A stretch of 64,000 nt of DNA from the sequence record MN850619.1. One strand, written 5' to 3'. This document shows positions 51,781-62,367 of this stretch, piece by piece. Each line of letters begins with the position of its first letter. Position 1 is the stretch's first letter. The DNA comes from Escherichia phage finno. The position numbers and the translations under genes are program-made. The notes under the pieces are model-generated. The model was not told where the DNA came from. It searched no databases and worked only from the letters and a program-made list of their open reading frames with translations.

Positions 51781-53772
51781 TCACTCAGTTTCGAATGGGC
51801 AGTCATCTGCATCCTCACTTAATACAGGTGGAATCGTTGAGCTTTGACGCTGCTCTTCAGTATAGACTTCACCAGTCTCACGGTCAAACACTTCATCCTC
51901 ATAATGTGGCAAAGAGTCATCGTAATGGTCTTCAGCTTCACCAATGCCAAACTGTTGGCGAATATTTTCTGCTGCACCATCAATGTCAACTCCACAACCA
52001 GATGCTTTAATGAGACGTCCTGTATCTGGATTGTACCAAGTATGACCAGCAATACCCGTTGACTTACCGTGACGACGACATTTAGTTAACTTGATTTTTG
52101 TCAAGTTTTTCTTAACAGGGTCTGGGTCAACCTTGTTACGCATTAACAGAATGTTGTTCATAGAAATCTGGAAATACGCACCAGAGCCTTTAATATCCTC
52201 TTCAGAGATATCCCCACCTTCAGAGTTAGCCTTCTGACCACCTGCACTCTTACGAACGTGACAGACGTTCACTTGTGCATACTGGTAGCGTTTGCAACGA
52301 CGCAATAGCTCAGACAAAACTTCCTCTTCATCCGTATCTGAACGTGACAGAGCCAACGTAATAGGGTCAAGAATAATAATCTTACAGTCTAAGCTGTTAA
52401 CAAGATAGTCAACAAACTCCAGCAAGTTATCTTGGTCAATTGCCCCTTGATGGTCTACGATGTGGATACGACGACCTTTAGACAGTTCTGCGTGTGCTTC
52501 CTTCAATTCATCCCAATCGCGTTCGTCATAAGGAATCTCAGAAATCTGCTTGCTCAGGTGGATTGCACAGAGCATCTCCATCAACTCTTCATAGGTATCC
52601 TCTACAGGAATTACACCAATATTGTAATCTGTATCTTTCCAAGCTGTGTAAATCATTTCACGAGTGTATGCTGATTTACCCACTGAAGATGGTGCTGCCA
52701 GAGTTGTAATCTCACCTAGACCATAACCACCATAAGTCAGTCTGTTCAAATCTCCGAAAGATTCTGGGAAAGGAATCAATGGAATCTGACCACGATTCTT
52801 CATTGCCTCAAAACCATCTGCGAAGTTCTTGATACCAGCAGGACAGTAACGAGGTGCATTGTAGATACGCTGCTTAAATCCTTCCAGAACTGTATCTTTC
52901 TCTTTATAGAACTTTGTCCACCATTCGTTAAGGTCTTTTACACCCTCTGGATACTGGAATAAACGAACCTTCTCAATCGGAAGGATACCAGCAGCCTCTT
53001 TGGTAGCTTTAGCACCTGCTTCATCATTATCAAAGCACAAGTAAATCTCATCAAATGATGTGATGTACTGATAGTTGTCTTTGATAGACTTAATGTTTGC
53101 ACCCGATGGAACAGATACGTGACAGTAATTCTTACGACGAGACTTGTCCTTAATCGCAAGAGAAGTCATATAGATTGCTGTCGCACATTCCATCTCACCT
53201 TCCCAGATGAATAGACGGTTACCACCTTCTGGAGCAATCCATGAACCGAACATTGCCAGTTCACCTTTAATGTCTCCAACACCACCTGAGAAGTCTTTTA
53301 GCTTACCTCGTAGGTGTTCTTTTGGATGGTCTTCTGGGTAACGGTGACGAACACGGTAGCCAACATGTTCTAGCTTACCATCTTCATTACGTTTGTAAGT
53401 TGGGTAGAAGTGCGCATCAATTTCACCATCACTGTCAATGTCAACCTTTATACCTAAGCGTTCAAGGACTTTTGCAGGAATCTTCCTGTCTTTCAAGTCC
53501 ATTGCTTCTAGGTTTTCTTTTACATCGTCTAAATCCATTCCACGGAAAGTACGGTTTTTATTGTCTGAACCAGTAGAATAAGTGCTCACGATTTGTCCTT
53601 TATCAAAATCCCACTCTGGGAAACCTTTGTTACAACTAAAGCAAGTCATCGAATAAGAGTCATCGTCATGATGATAGATTGAACCAGCATCTGATGAACC
53701 ACAACGTGGACATGCACAATGACCAATAAACTGACCAGCCTCTTTCAATTTACGACCTTTAGACATTAGCAC
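51781..53772 (-). CDS. DNA primase/helicase (zinc-finger primase + DnaB-family helicase)
   Basis: 663 aa; N-terminal CxxC...CxxC zinc ribbon, central primase region, C-terminal Walker A (AAPSSVGKSAYT) helicase domain. Confidence 0.8.
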   Translation of the reverse strand: MLMSKGRKLKEAGQFIGHCACPRCGSSDAGSIYHHDDDSYSMTCFSCNKGFPEWDFDKGQIVSTYSTGSDNKNRTFRGMDLDDVKENLEAMDLKDRKIPAKVLERLGIKVDIDSDGEIDAHFYPTYKRNEDGKLEHVGYRVRHRYPEDHPKEHLRGKLKDFSGGVGDIKGELAMFGSWIAPEGGNRLFIWEGEMECATAIYMTSLAIKDKSRRKNYCHVSVPSGANIKSIKDNYQYITSFDEIYLCFDNDEAGAKATKEAAGILPIEKVRLFQYPEGVKDLNEWWTKFYKEKDTVLEGFKQRIYNAPRYCPAGIKNFADGFEAMKNRGQIPLIPFPESFGDLNRLTYGGYGLGEITTLAAPSSVGKSAYTREMIYTAWKDTDYNIGVIPVEDTYEELMEMLCAIHLSKQISEIPYDERDWDELKEAHAELSKGRRIHIVDHQGAIDQDNLLEFVDYLVNSLDCKIIILDPITLALSRSDTDEEEVLSELLRRCKRYQYAQVNVCHVRKSAGGQKANSEGGDISEEDIKGSGAYFQISMNNILLMRNKVDPDPVKKNLTKIKLTKCRRHGKSTGIAGHTWYNPDTGRLIKASGCGVDIDGAAENIRQQFGIGEAEDHYDDSLPHYEDEVFDRETGEVYTEEQRQSSTIPPVLSEDADDCPFETE

Positions 53773-53959
53773 CTCTTCGTTGTAGTTCTGCCTTCAATCC
53801 ATTTTCAATCTTGTCCAGTTCATGAATTTCATCTGCAATCTCTTTCCTTCGTGATTCAACTCTCTTAAGACGTTCAATCATTACCTCATTGGAAAGAGAT
53901 GAGAGTTCCACTAAACGGTGGTCAATAACTTTAAAATTGTCTTTTACTCTCATCTTCAT
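53759..53959 (-). CDS. Hypothetical small coiled-coil protein
   Basis: 66 aa ORF overlapping the primase-helicase start. Confidence 0.4.
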   Translation of the reverse strand: MKMRVKDNFKVIDHRLVELSSLSNEVMIERLKRVESRRKEIADEIHELDKIENGLKAELQRRGANV

Positions 53960-53967
53960 TCTCTCTT

Positions 53968-54711
53968 TTAAATCTTCAGGATAGCTCTTAGTTTGCTCTC
54001 AAGGTCTTCAAGAGTACCATTATTATGAATAATGTCACGCTCATATTTTGTAGAAATGCCATTTTCTGAAACATGTGATGAAACTTTGTCCACATTGTCT
54101 CTTTTTACTTCAATAGTTTGGTGTGCAAATCTACTCAGCCACTCAGCTTCAGAGTCAAATCTTAAATCACTGATTAAAACAACACCTTCTTGATTTCTAA
54201 GTGAGCAAACATCAAAGAAATTTACCATTCGTTTTTCGAGGTCTTTAGACCAGAACTTGTCACCCATAACTTTACGGATAACTTCAGTGCCCCAAATCTG
54301 TTGAATTTGCCTTGATGAGAATCTATACTTTTTGCTAAATCCCAGACGTGTTAATAGAGTCGGTTTAGCAACCTTCTTAAGCTCCATGATTAATCGTCCG
54401 GTTAACTCTGACATAAGCTTAAAATCCATATGGTAACGTTCACCTTTGAAGGTGAACTCCATAGCTTCAGTAACTTTGACCATTAGTTCAGGATATGATA
54501 AGTCAAAAACCTGTGGAGTCTCTTTAGTTTCACCATACAGGTCATTCCAAGTTAGGTCAAATATCCTTGATGCAGATAGCTTAAGGTTGTCTGCATAGGC
54601 CATCACTGCAACATTGTAGCCGTACTCATCCTCTAAGATGTTCTTCACAATAGAACATGAGGTGTCTTTTCCAGAACGTGCCTTTCCAGTAAATGCGATA
54701 ATATTACTCAT
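53968..54711 (-). CDS. Deoxynucleoside monophosphate kinase
   Basis: 247 aa; N-terminal P-loop IIAFTGKARSGKDT resembles the T4 gp1 dNMP kinase P-loop. Confidence 0.6.
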   Translation of the reverse strand: MSNIIAFTGKARSGKDTSCSIVKNILEDEYGYNVAVMAYADNLKLSASRIFDLTWNDLYGETKETPQVFDLSYPELMVKVTEAMEFTFKGERYHMDFKLMSELTGRLIMELKKVAKPTLLTRLGFSKKYRFSSRQIQQIWGTEVIRKVMGDKFWSKDLEKRMVNFFDVCSLRNQEGVVLISDLRFDSEAEWLSRFAHQTIEVKRDNVDKVSSHVSENGISTKYERDIIHNNGTLEDLESKLRAILKI

Positions 54712-54772
54712 TTTATCTCCCTTAATTACTAAAAAGCCCCCAACTAAGGAGGCTTGTAAGATTTATAAAGAT

Positions 54773-55573
54773 TTAGTGCAGTTGCTCAGCAGACTCTTTT
54801 TCAGCCATAGCTGAGAGTTGCTTAACAAAATCATCACCGAAGTTAATGCGTAGTTTCTCTTCAATGATTGAAGCACCAATGTTCACCAAAACATCATTGA
54901 TTGCTTGCATACTGACACCGCCAGTCATCTCCTCAATGAACTCAATACTCATACCCATCATCTGTGAAAGTTGGATTAGTGCAACGATATTCATCATCGT
55001 AGAGATAGCTGGAATCATCAGTGCAACTTTCACCTGAAGTGGTTCTATATCAGCTACAGAGTCATTTTCAACAGCTTCTTCCAAAGACTCTTTAGTTTGC
55101 TGGATAATCTCCTTGATTCGTGGGTTTAGTTCTTCTACGCCCCAATCAAGTTTTTCATATCGTGAAAGTTTCTCTTCCATACGCTTCTCAAGAGCAGCCA
55201 TAACAGCACTTGTTGATGAGATAAGCGTATCAATAATGAAATCAGTGTCCTTAGTCAGCAACAGTTCCTTATCTTCGTCTGACATCCTGATATAGTCATT
55301 CTTTTGCATTTCATAAAAGATGAACTCAGCAAGTGCATCAACACCAACCGCAATAGATGCCAGAGCAAGTGTAGTGTCTGTCAACATCATGTTAACCTGT
55401 TCTGCAAAAGCACCGTTATCAGACTTGTCTTCAGGCAAGTTATAGCTTGAAGGCATAAACTGTTCTGTGTAGTTGTTCCCACGAAGAATCATAGCCATAC
55501 TTTCTACGGCATTGATTAAAAATGCTTCGTCAATACCTTTTTCTTCAAGCATCTTTTCTACATCGATATTCAT
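54773..55573 (-). CDS. Hypothetical acidic protein
   Basis: 266 aa ORF. Confidence 0.55.
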   Translation of the reverse strand: MNIDVEKMLEEKGIDEAFLINAVESMAMILRGNNYTEQFMPSSYNLPEDKSDNGAFAEQVNMMLTDTTLALASIAVGVDALAEFIFYEMQKNDYIRMSDEDKELLLTKDTDFIIDTLISSTSAVMAALEKRMEEKLSRYEKLDWGVEELNPRIKEIIQQTKESLEEAVENDSVADIEPLQVKVALMIPAISTMMNIVALIQLSQMMGMSIEFIEEMTGGVSMQAINDVLVNIGASIIEEKLRINFGDDFVKQLSAMAEKESAEQLH

Positions 55574-55574
55574 A

Positions 55575-55997
55575 TTATTTCTCTCTCAGTTGGTTAAGTT
55601 TCTTTCTAGAACATTTTAAGTTTTCTGATGAAGAAAAGTCAAGTGTCTTTTCAGAACGTGGATAATAGTGCCTATCCCAAGAAGTTTCAACATCGTTAAT
55701 CAGTGATGCTAGATTACACAGGTCTGTACCACTTTGCAACCTCTTTTTAAGAGAATCTAGTAAAGCAACTGTGTCTTTAGCTTTACGTCTCGCTGTAGCA
55801 ACATCTTTCATATGCTCAAACACAGAGCATTTTAAGTCATCTTCATAGTTTTCAGATAACTCTATTTCATGTTGTATATCAACCATTCTCCTGTGATGGT
55901 GAGCATATTCCCGTTGAGCAGCAATGTCAAGTTCTTCCAACTTCTGCAAAGCTCTAACAAAGTCAGCTATGTCTGGGTGAACAAACATTTTCTGCAT
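55575..55997 (-). CDS. Hypothetical protein
   Basis: 140 aa ORF, first gene of the minus-strand block. Confidence 0.55.
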   Translation of the reverse strand: MQKMFVHPDIADFVRALQKLEELDIAAQREYAHHHRRMVDIQHEIELSENYEDDLKCSVFEHMKDVATARRKAKDTVALLDSLKKRLQSGTDLCNLASLINDVETSWDRHYYPRSEKTLDFSSSENLKCSRKKLNQLREK

Positions 55998-56149
55998 GTA
56001 AGCCTCTTTTAAGTAACTATTAAGTTTTAATCTTTTATCTTAACGTATTCTATACGTTATACTTTAAAGCTTTTTAAAAGCTATTAAATAATCTTTTAAG
56101 AGTTTTAAAGTATCTGTATAGTTAAACTGTTAAGTAACCTTTTAAGTAA

Positions 56150-56220
56150 AAACCCACTTCGCAAAGATTAACACCTTGTCAAGTGCATTGTCAACTTGCT
56201 TTTTATAATTTTTTGCAGTA
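56150..56220. promoter_or_regulatory. Divergent promoter region with tandem TTGTCAA motif and TATAAT box
   Basis: CACCTTGTCAAGTGCATTGTCAAC (minus-sense TTGACA-N17-TTAATC); plus-strand TATAAT at ~56204-56209 upstream of the polymerase gene. Confidence 0.45.
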
Positions 56221-56254
56221 ATGTATGAGGTTAATGATTTTAGAGGGAGTAAAA

Positions 56255-58954
56255 ATGGAAAACGTAGATTTTAAAAACTTACATTTGGTTGGTGATACAG
56301 AAACTGATGGTTTACTCCTTGAGTTCACTAAAGTGCACGTAATGGCTTTCGCAGACTATAAATCTGACGATGAAGAGCCACCTGTATGGGTCTTTACAGA
56401 TGAACCTATCCTCGGTCACAAGTATACCAAGTACATTAAGGGTGGCTTACGTGAAGGTATTGAGTTTGCGTTAAAGGCAAAACGTCTTTGCATCCACAAC
56501 GGTCTCGGTTATGACTGGTGGGTTTTCAATCACATTGCACCTGATTTATGGAACTTTGATAATCCAAAGTGTAAACCGTGGAGTAATTTCTTTCAGGATT
56601 CTCTTATCCAGTCTCGTGTTCAGTGGATGGATAGACCAACTCCAAAGGGTTATAAAGGTGCTCATGGTTTGGCTGCATGGGGTGCTCGTGTTGGTGTTCG
56701 TAAACCAGAGATTGAGCATTGGGGTGTGTGGAATGCAGAAATCTTCACTCGTGTTGTAGAAGATATCCGTATTAACGCCAAAACTAAACGGGCACTTGAT
56801 AACGAGTATCTCAAGCTTAAGAAGTGTGGTATAGATACTTATGAAACCTACATGCGAGCTAAAGAAACATCTTTCTGGATGAGTCAACAAGCTATCAATG
56901 GCTGGAAAGCTGATAAAGAGCTTATGGAGTTCCATGTAAAGGAACTTGACAAGTTGACTAATGAGCTTGCTTCAGAGGTTGAACCACACCTACCTCCAAC
57001 TATTAAGACCAAAGGTAAAGTCACTGGAGAAGAGTTTGCAAAAGCTTGGAATGAGTATGTTGAAACATTTGGTCATGCAGATGGACTGAAAAGAATTACC
57101 AAGTACCCTAAGACAAAGTATCGTCAGCAGGTACGTAATGGCGAGATGCAGACATACGAAATCAAACCATTTGGTAAGCCAACTACAAAGATTTTTAACA
57201 TTGAAAAGAGAAATTGCTATACACCAACCAACTCTGTAACTGGTGAAGAGTACAAAGAGGGTTTTGTAGCGATGAAGGATGCTCGTGCAATCTGCAACGA
57301 GTTGAATGCAAAGATTGGCAAAAAATGCAAAGACTGGAAACCAGTAAAAACAGTCAAGACTGTGAAGTACTATAACAGCCACGTTGTCAATCACTTTGAA
57401 CTTGAGTCAAGTCGCTACACAGGTTTGATTGATGCACCATATACACCAATTGAGTTCGAAGTTTCTCGTATGACTCAGGTAGCAGTTGTTAAAGACTACT
57501 TGAAATCAGTTGGTTGGATTCCAGATGACTGGAACTACAAGAAAGACTCAGATGGTCGTCCTGTTAAGGTTTGTCGTTTCAAAGACAATAAAAAGATGAT
57601 TACAAAGCATCCTAAGTGGCAGGAAATGGTTGAGCGGTGTGGTTTGAGTTATGTTGAGCATGAAGGTGTACAGTACATTGAGCATAACTGGTCTGTGAAG
57701 AAGTACACAGATTTGCTTGAGCCTTGCTTAATCCGTACTTCGCCAAAACTTACTGAATCATCTTATGATACGATTGAAGGTGAGCTTGGACAGAAGATTG
57801 CGAAATACTACACTTTGATGCACCGACGCAGAACTATTGAGAACTCAAAGGATGATGAGAAAGGTTGGTTGAACCAGATTCGTCCTGATGGTCGCCTTAG
57901 TGCTGGTGCAATGGTGTTTGGTACTTCAACTGGACGTATGACACAGTATGGTATTGTAAACGTACCGTCTGGTGCTGCTGTCTATGGGGAACCAATGAGG
58001 GCAGTGTGGATTTGTGAGGAAGGTACTAACGTTGTCTCTGTCGATATGAACTCAGCCCAGCTAGTTCTGCTTTGTAACTTTATGGGTGATAAAGACTTCA
58101 CCAAAGCGGTAACGCAAGGTAAAGAAGAGATTGAGTTCATTCGTCAAGAAGATGGACGCTATTACTGCAAACACTTTGATGAGTACCTCAACCCAGAGAT
58201 TGATAAGTACCTTCGCTATGACTCTGAGAATGACCTGTACGTTGTCTATTCAGGGACTGATGCACATACATTGAACAGTATTTACTTTAGCTTGAATGAT
58301 GAGCAGGATATCTTGACTTGTCGAGCCACTCAGGATGAGAATCTCCTCCATGAGATTAGTAAGGGTCGTAAGAAAGCTAAGAATGGTATCTATGCACTGC
58401 TGTTCGGTGCAGGTGATGAGAAGTTTGCTAAGACGATTAAGGCTGCAACTACTCAGGAAGGTGCGCTGACTAAACAGACTTACTTTATCCGTTTGCCTAA
58501 AATTAAAAAGCTGCTAGATGACTTGGAAGCTGACTACAAAGCAACTAAAAAGGCACTTGAAGAGGTGTTTGGTAAGACTGCTGCAATCTCTAAAGGGGGT
58601 TTTGTAAAGGTTGCTGGAGCTTGGTTGTGGTGTAAATCTCCACATAAGTTATTGAATTATTTGCTCATGGGTTCAGAGGCTCAGATTCAAAATGAGGCAA
58701 TTAACCTTGCTTGCCGTCGTATGATTGACGAAGGCTTAATGAAGTTAAATGGGCGTAAACCAGCTATTGGTGCTCGTTTACTCTGCGCATATCATGACGA
58801 GACGAGTTGGGAATGTCCAGAAAGTATGACGGCAGAGGTGAAAGCAGTTACTGACTGGTATTATGGACAAGCTTCTAAGAACTTAGGTCTTAAGAAAGAA
58901 ACACTTGTTACAGGTACTGGTAAGGTTGGTAAAAGCTGGCTTGAAGTACACTAA
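56255..58954 (+). CDS. DNA polymerase, family A, with 3'-5' exonuclease domain
   Basis: Start at the ATG preceded by a GGGAG RBS; N-terminal Exo I motif LVGDTETDGL; ~900 aa. Confidence 0.85.
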   Translation: MENVDFKNLHLVGDTETDGLLLEFTKVHVMAFADYKSDDEEPPVWVFTDEPILGHKYTKYIKGGLREGIEFALKAKRLCIHNGLGYDWWVFNHIAPDLWNFDNPKCKPWSNFFQDSLIQSRVQWMDRPTPKGYKGAHGLAAWGARVGVRKPEIEHWGVWNAEIFTRVVEDIRINAKTKRALDNEYLKLKKCGIDTYETYMRAKETSFWMSQQAINGWKADKELMEFHVKELDKLTNELASEVEPHLPPTIKTKGKVTGEEFAKAWNEYVETFGHADGLKRITKYPKTKYRQQVRNGEMQTYEIKPFGKPTTKIFNIEKRNCYTPTNSVTGEEYKEGFVAMKDARAICNELNAKIGKKCKDWKPVKTVKTVKYYNSHVVNHFELESSRYTGLIDAPYTPIEFEVSRMTQVAVVKDYLKSVGWIPDDWNYKKDSDGRPVKVCRFKDNKKMITKHPKWQEMVERCGLSYVEHEGVQYIEHNWSVKKYTDLLEPCLIRTSPKLTESSYDTIEGELGQKIAKYYTLMHRRRTIENSKDDEKGWLNQIRPDGRLSAGAMVFGTSTGRMTQYGIVNVPSGAAVYGEPMRAVWICEEGTNVVSVDMNSAQLVLLCNFMGDKDFTKAVTQGKEEIEFIRQEDGRYYCKHFDEYLNPEIDKYLRYDSENDLYVVYSGTDAHTLNSIYFSLNDEQDILTCRATQDENLLHEISKGRKKAKNGIYALLFGAGDEKFAKTIKAATTQEGALTKQTYFIRLPKIKKLLDDLEADYKATKKALEEVFGKTAAISKGGFVKVAGAWLWCKSPHKLLNYLLMGSEAQIQNEAINLACRRMIDEGLMKLNGRKPAIGARLLCAYHDETSWECPESMTAEVKAVTDWYYGQASKNLGLKKETLVTGTGKVGKSWLEVH

Positions 58955-59015
58955 TTAGTATTGACAAGGTGCTCAGGGAAGAGTACCTTATACTATATCT
59001 TGTATAGGAGGGCTT

Positions 59016-59225
59016 ATGAGCCACCGTGGAAGAACCCATGCAGCGATGATGAAAGGTGCTTCAAAGGAAACTATCAAGAACCGTAAGCAGAAGTTGTTTG
59101 AGAGAATGAACAGGTTAATTGACAATTCATCTCTTTCAGGTTCTGAGAAGGTTTTCTTGAAAGGTAATCTGAAAAGTATTGCACAAGAACTTATTGATAT
59201 TGAGTATTGGAGACATCAAAAATGA
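59016..59225 (+). CDS. Hypothetical small protein
   Basis: 69 aa ORF. Confidence 0.45.
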   Translation: MSHRGRTHAAMMKGASKETIKNRKQKLFERMNRLIDNSSLSGSEKVFLKGNLKSIAQELIDIEYWRHQK

Positions 59226-59440
59226 CACTTGCAGACGTTATTCAGCAACTTCACGACAATTGCTATACTCCAGAGTTGATTCAGGAGATGTCCATTGTAG
59301 TGATGCCTAGCAAGTTCGTAAAAGGTTTTAATGGTGACTCTTTAAAGGTCGCGCATATCCTTATCGTTGATGGTAAGATTGCAAGAGACCGTACAGGTGT
59401 TCTTAAGGGTGAACGTATTGATATTCTGGAGTTGCTATGA
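59207..59440 (+). CDS. Hypothetical small protein
   Basis: 77 aa ORF. Confidence 0.45.
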   Translation: METSKMTLADVIQQLHDNCYTPELIQEMSIVVMPSKFVKGFNGDSLKVAHILIVDGKIARDRTGVLKGERIDILELL

Positions 59441-59572
59441 AGAAAATGTACAGTCTCTGGGGAAGGGTTGGTAAAGGTTTTGACTGGACACTTCTTCGTT
59501 CAAACGTTAAACGTAGTGAATTACCAGAACTCATCACTCACTATTTAAAAACATACAGAGAGGTAGACTATC

Positions 59573-59830
59573 GTGAACAATAAGGTTAAGAGTTGTGTGA
59601 AAGCAATGGTTGCACTTGGAGTAATTTTTCTATCTGGCTGCAACCCCTCTTATGAAGATAAAAATGCTTCTTACAGCCTCCCACCAGAGATGCAAGATTG
59701 CAGAGTATACAAGTTACATGGTGATGCTATAAGCAGAGATATTGTTGTTGTCAGATGCCCAAACTCTCAAACAACAACATCTTACAGCTATGGCAAAAAT
59801 GGGGAATCACATACTACGGTTATTGAGTGA
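59573..59830 (+). CDS. Putative lipoprotein
   Basis: 85 aa; signal peptide with lipobox (VIFLSGC). Confidence 0.5.
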   Translation: MNNKVKSCVKAMVALGVIFLSGCNPSYEDKNASYSLPPEMQDCRVYKLHGDAISRDIVVVRCPNSQTTTSYSYGKNGESHTTVIE

Positions 59831-59840
59831 GGTTTTCACG

Positions 59841-60047
59841 ATGGAAGTCCTAGTAAACTACATCTACTGTTATGATGTTGTTCACTCCACTACAACCGTA
59901 GCTCAACGTAATCCAATAGTTCCACGAGAAGGTGAGCTGGTTCGCATTGATGGTTGGATTTACACTGTGGAAAGCATCATTCATAAGTTTGATGTTGCTG
60001 GTGATGTTCAAGTTATTGACGTAGAGATTGGCGGTAAGAGAAAATGA
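59841..60047 (+). CDS. Hypothetical small protein
   Basis: ORF track 59742..60047 begins at a TTG inside the upstream gene; trimmed to the first ATG (MEVLVNY). Confidence 0.4.
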   Translation: MEVLVNYIYCYDVVHSTTTVAQRNPIVPREGELVRIDGWIYTVESIIHKFDVAGDVQVIDVEIGGKRK

Positions 60048-60262
60048 CTGTAGAAGATAAATTTAAGAACGCAGTTCTTACAGAAGATGGTGAGCTTGAA
60101 ACATTCATTCTTCGTGTTGATGGTAAGCTATTCCGGTGTCGTTGTGGGTCAAACTGTTTCCATAAACCAGATAAAAATGACTTAGAGCTTTACGCATGTA
60201 ATGCTTGCAATACTTGGTATCACTCAGAGGTTAAAAATGACAATTCTGTACAAACAAAATAA
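60044..60262 (+). CDS. Hypothetical small zinc-binding protein
   Basis: 72 aa; CRCGSNC...CNACNTW cysteine pairs. Confidence 0.45.
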   Translation: MTVEDKFKNAVLTEDGELETFILRVDGKLFRCRCGSNCFHKPDKNDLELYACNACNTWYHSEVKNDNSVQTK

Positions 60263-61337
60263 AGATGGTTCCTTCAACGTCTGGTCATGCGTTGCTGTAG
60301 GTGACAAAGTTATTACAACCTATGGTAAAGAAAATGGCAAAATGATGTTTGAAGAGTATACAGCAGAACCTAAAAACATCGGTAAAAAGAATGAGCGTAA
60401 TGCTGAACAGCAAGCTCTCTTTGAAGTTGCTGCTAAGTATAAAAAGCAAGTTGACCGTAAAGGTTATGCTTACACAAAAGAGTCTGCACAGAATACTGAG
60501 AAGGTAGGTGTACAGCTTGCTCATGATGCTGCAAAGGTTAGCCATGCAAAGTATCTGAAGTTCCCTGCTGATGCTCAACCAAAACTGGATGGTGTACGTT
60601 GTAGAATTTCAAGAGATGCTGATTCAGTTAGCTTCACGGCTTATTCTCGTGAGAATACTGTTTACAACGTTCCAGCAGAACTAATCCCAGATTTGCTTTT
60701 GTTGCTTAAATTACATCCACAAGTTGAAGACTTTGATGGTGAGATTTATGCTCATGGTTGGGACTTAGAAGATATTGTATCTATGATTAAGAATGCTGAC
60801 AATCCAGACCGTCACCTTCTTAAATTCTACTGGTATGATATCTGTGACAATTCAAAATCTTGGCCTGAGCGTCGTGAAGTTATTGATAACTCACCTATTG
60901 TTGAGCTTGGGGATACCTGTAGAGTTGTTCCTGTGCAGACTATCCGTGTAAATTCTTGGGAAGAGTTTGATGAAGCTCATGATAAGTGGGTTGAAGCTAA
61001 GTTTGAAGGTGCAATGTACCGTTCAATCTCTGAAGACTCCCTCTATGAGTGTTGTCACCGTTCATACTTCTTGATTAAGCACAAGAAGATGCACACTGAA
61101 GAGTTTAAAGTGACTGGTGTAAAGACTGATAAACGTGGGCATGGTAAGTTCGTTGTAGAGACTCTTCCTAACGTCTTTGTAGATGTCTCATGGAAGACCA
61201 CTCATGAGAAGAAACAGTATCTTGCTGAGCATCCTGAAGAGTTTATCGGGAAACCTTTGACGGTTCAGTTCCAGAAGATGACTCGTAAGGGTTCTTTACA
61301 GTTCCCTGTCGGGCTAGTTATTAGGGATTATGAGTAA
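60237..61337 (+). CDS. ATP-dependent DNA ligase
   Basis: Start trimmed to MTILYKQ (ATG with AGAGG RBS); adenylation motif I KLDGVRC, later EGAMY. Confidence 0.65.
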   Translation: MTILYKQNKDGSFNVWSCVAVGDKVITTYGKENGKMMFEEYTAEPKNIGKKNERNAEQQALFEVAAKYKKQVDRKGYAYTKESAQNTEKVGVQLAHDAAKVSHAKYLKFPADAQPKLDGVRCRISRDADSVSFTAYSRENTVYNVPAELIPDLLLLLKLHPQVEDFDGEIYAHGWDLEDIVSMIKNADNPDRHLLKFYWYDICDNSKSWPERREVIDNSPIVELGDTCRVVPVQTIRVNSWEEFDEAHDKWVEAKFEGAMYRSISEDSLYECCHRSYFLIKHKKMHTEEFKVTGVKTDKRGHGKFVVETLPNVFVDVSWKTTHEKKQYLAEHPEEFIGKPLTVQFQKMTRKGSLQFPVGLVIRDYE

Positions 61338-61339
61338 AC

Positions 61340-61486
61340 TATGTTAAGTACAATCATTCTGTTTGCATTAGTTATCTTTGTGTTGTCTTACATCACAAGT
61401 AAGCTTTTGAACACATCCTTTGCAATGGGTTTCTTGTTCACAATCTTCTGTTTTGCAACACATATAGCTATCAGGGCTTTTATATA
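61340..61486 (+). CDS. Hypothetical small membrane protein (48 aa, below the ORF-track cutoff)
   Basis: Hand translation MLSTIILFALVIFVLSYITSKLLNTSFAMGFLFTIFCFATHIAIRAFI. Confidence 0.35.
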
Positions 61487-61493
61487 AAAGTTG

Positions 61494-61521
61494 TTGACAT
61501 AGAAAATATGGTGAGTATACT
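61494..61521 (+). promoter_or_regulatory. Sigma70-like promoter (TTGACA-N16-TATACT)
   Basis: GTTGACATAGAAAATATGGTGAGTATACTGAGC; a second TTGACA at ~61697. Confidence 0.5.
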
Positions 61522-61769
61522 GAGCAGCATAAACCAACGGGTACTCACCAGCATCACTTAAGAGTCTTCTAAAAGGGTTTTTAAGTCATGTATTGCACGG
61601 TAAGGTGATGTGAAGTCTGGTCTGGCATGGTGTAGTCTGGTATGGAAGGATGGCAGTAGCCTTATAAAAAATCTGCCAAATAAGCTATAAAATCTGTTGA
61701 CAAGTCAGGTGTTATAGCTTATTTTTATACTCAATGTAATACAAAATTTAATATAGCTTTGAGGTCATT

Positions 61770-62153
61770 ATGAAAAAGATTTTATTAGCTGCTGCAATGG
61801 TTATGGCAATGAATTTACCAGTCAATGCAACAGAACTTCCAAATGTGGACTTATCAGGTGTTCCAGAAGATACTTGCCAGATTGTAAAAGGTGTTGCTCT
61901 AGCTAATGGTGAGCTACTTAAACCAATCTCTGAAGAATCTTTGACAGAGATGACTGATAAGGTGACTGACTACCAGTATCGTGTTCTTGCAGAGTATTTC
62001 CTGCAATCTGCAAATATTAAAGAGAAGCACCATGATGATATTGATGTACAGGCGATGCTCAACCACCGTATCCAGTTTAAAGAAGATTTGATGCAAAAAG
62101 CTATGTATGGTGTTGAGTATTTCTTAGAAAACAGAAGCTGCACAGGTATTTGA
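61770..62153 (+). CDS. Secreted/periplasmic protein with N-terminal signal peptide
   Basis: 127 aa; N-terminus MKKILLAAAMVMAMNLPVNA. Confidence 0.55.
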   Translation: MKKILLAAAMVMAMNLPVNATELPNVDLSGVPEDTCQIVKGVALANGELLKPISEESLTEMTDKVTDYQYRVLAEYFLQSANIKEKHHDDIDVQAMLNHRIQFKEDLMQKAMYGVEYFLENRSCTGI

Positions 62154-62154
62154 T

Positions 62155-62367
62155 ATGGCTCTTAAAAAGTTACATCCCAGAAGCGGTTATGGTAAGATAA
62201 TTGATGATACAGACGGCTTTACAGTCTTTACAGTCATCTGTCAAGATGATTCACAGATTGAAAAGGCTCTTGATGATTATCTTAACGATGAACGTGAAAA
62301 GGTTAGGGCTACAAACATAGATTCATTGATTGACACTTCACGCAAACGGAAGAAGAAAGATGAATGA
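62155..62367 (+). CDS. Hypothetical small protein
   Basis: 70 aa ORF. Confidence 0.45.
   Translation: MALKKLHPRSGYGKIIDDTDGFTVFTVICQDDSQIEKALDDYLNDEREKVRATNIDSLIDTSRKRKKKDE

Noticed and set aside
51525-51818. ORF 51525..51818 (97 aa) just downstream of the primase-helicase
   Set aside because: Its annotated start overlaps the primase-helicase 3' end and no RBS was evident; it may be real from an internal Met but was not called.
56225-56254. Longer DNA polymerase N-terminus starting at 56225 (MRLMILEGVK...)
   Set aside because: The ATG at 56255 has a well-spaced GGGAG RBS, whereas 56225 lies inside the promoter region.
59573-59830. Interpreting the 85-aa lipoprotein as a T5 Llp-type superinfection-exclusion lipoprotein
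   Set aside because: Only the signal peptide/lipobox is recognisable; there is no adjacent receptor-binding protein gene in the window to support that role.
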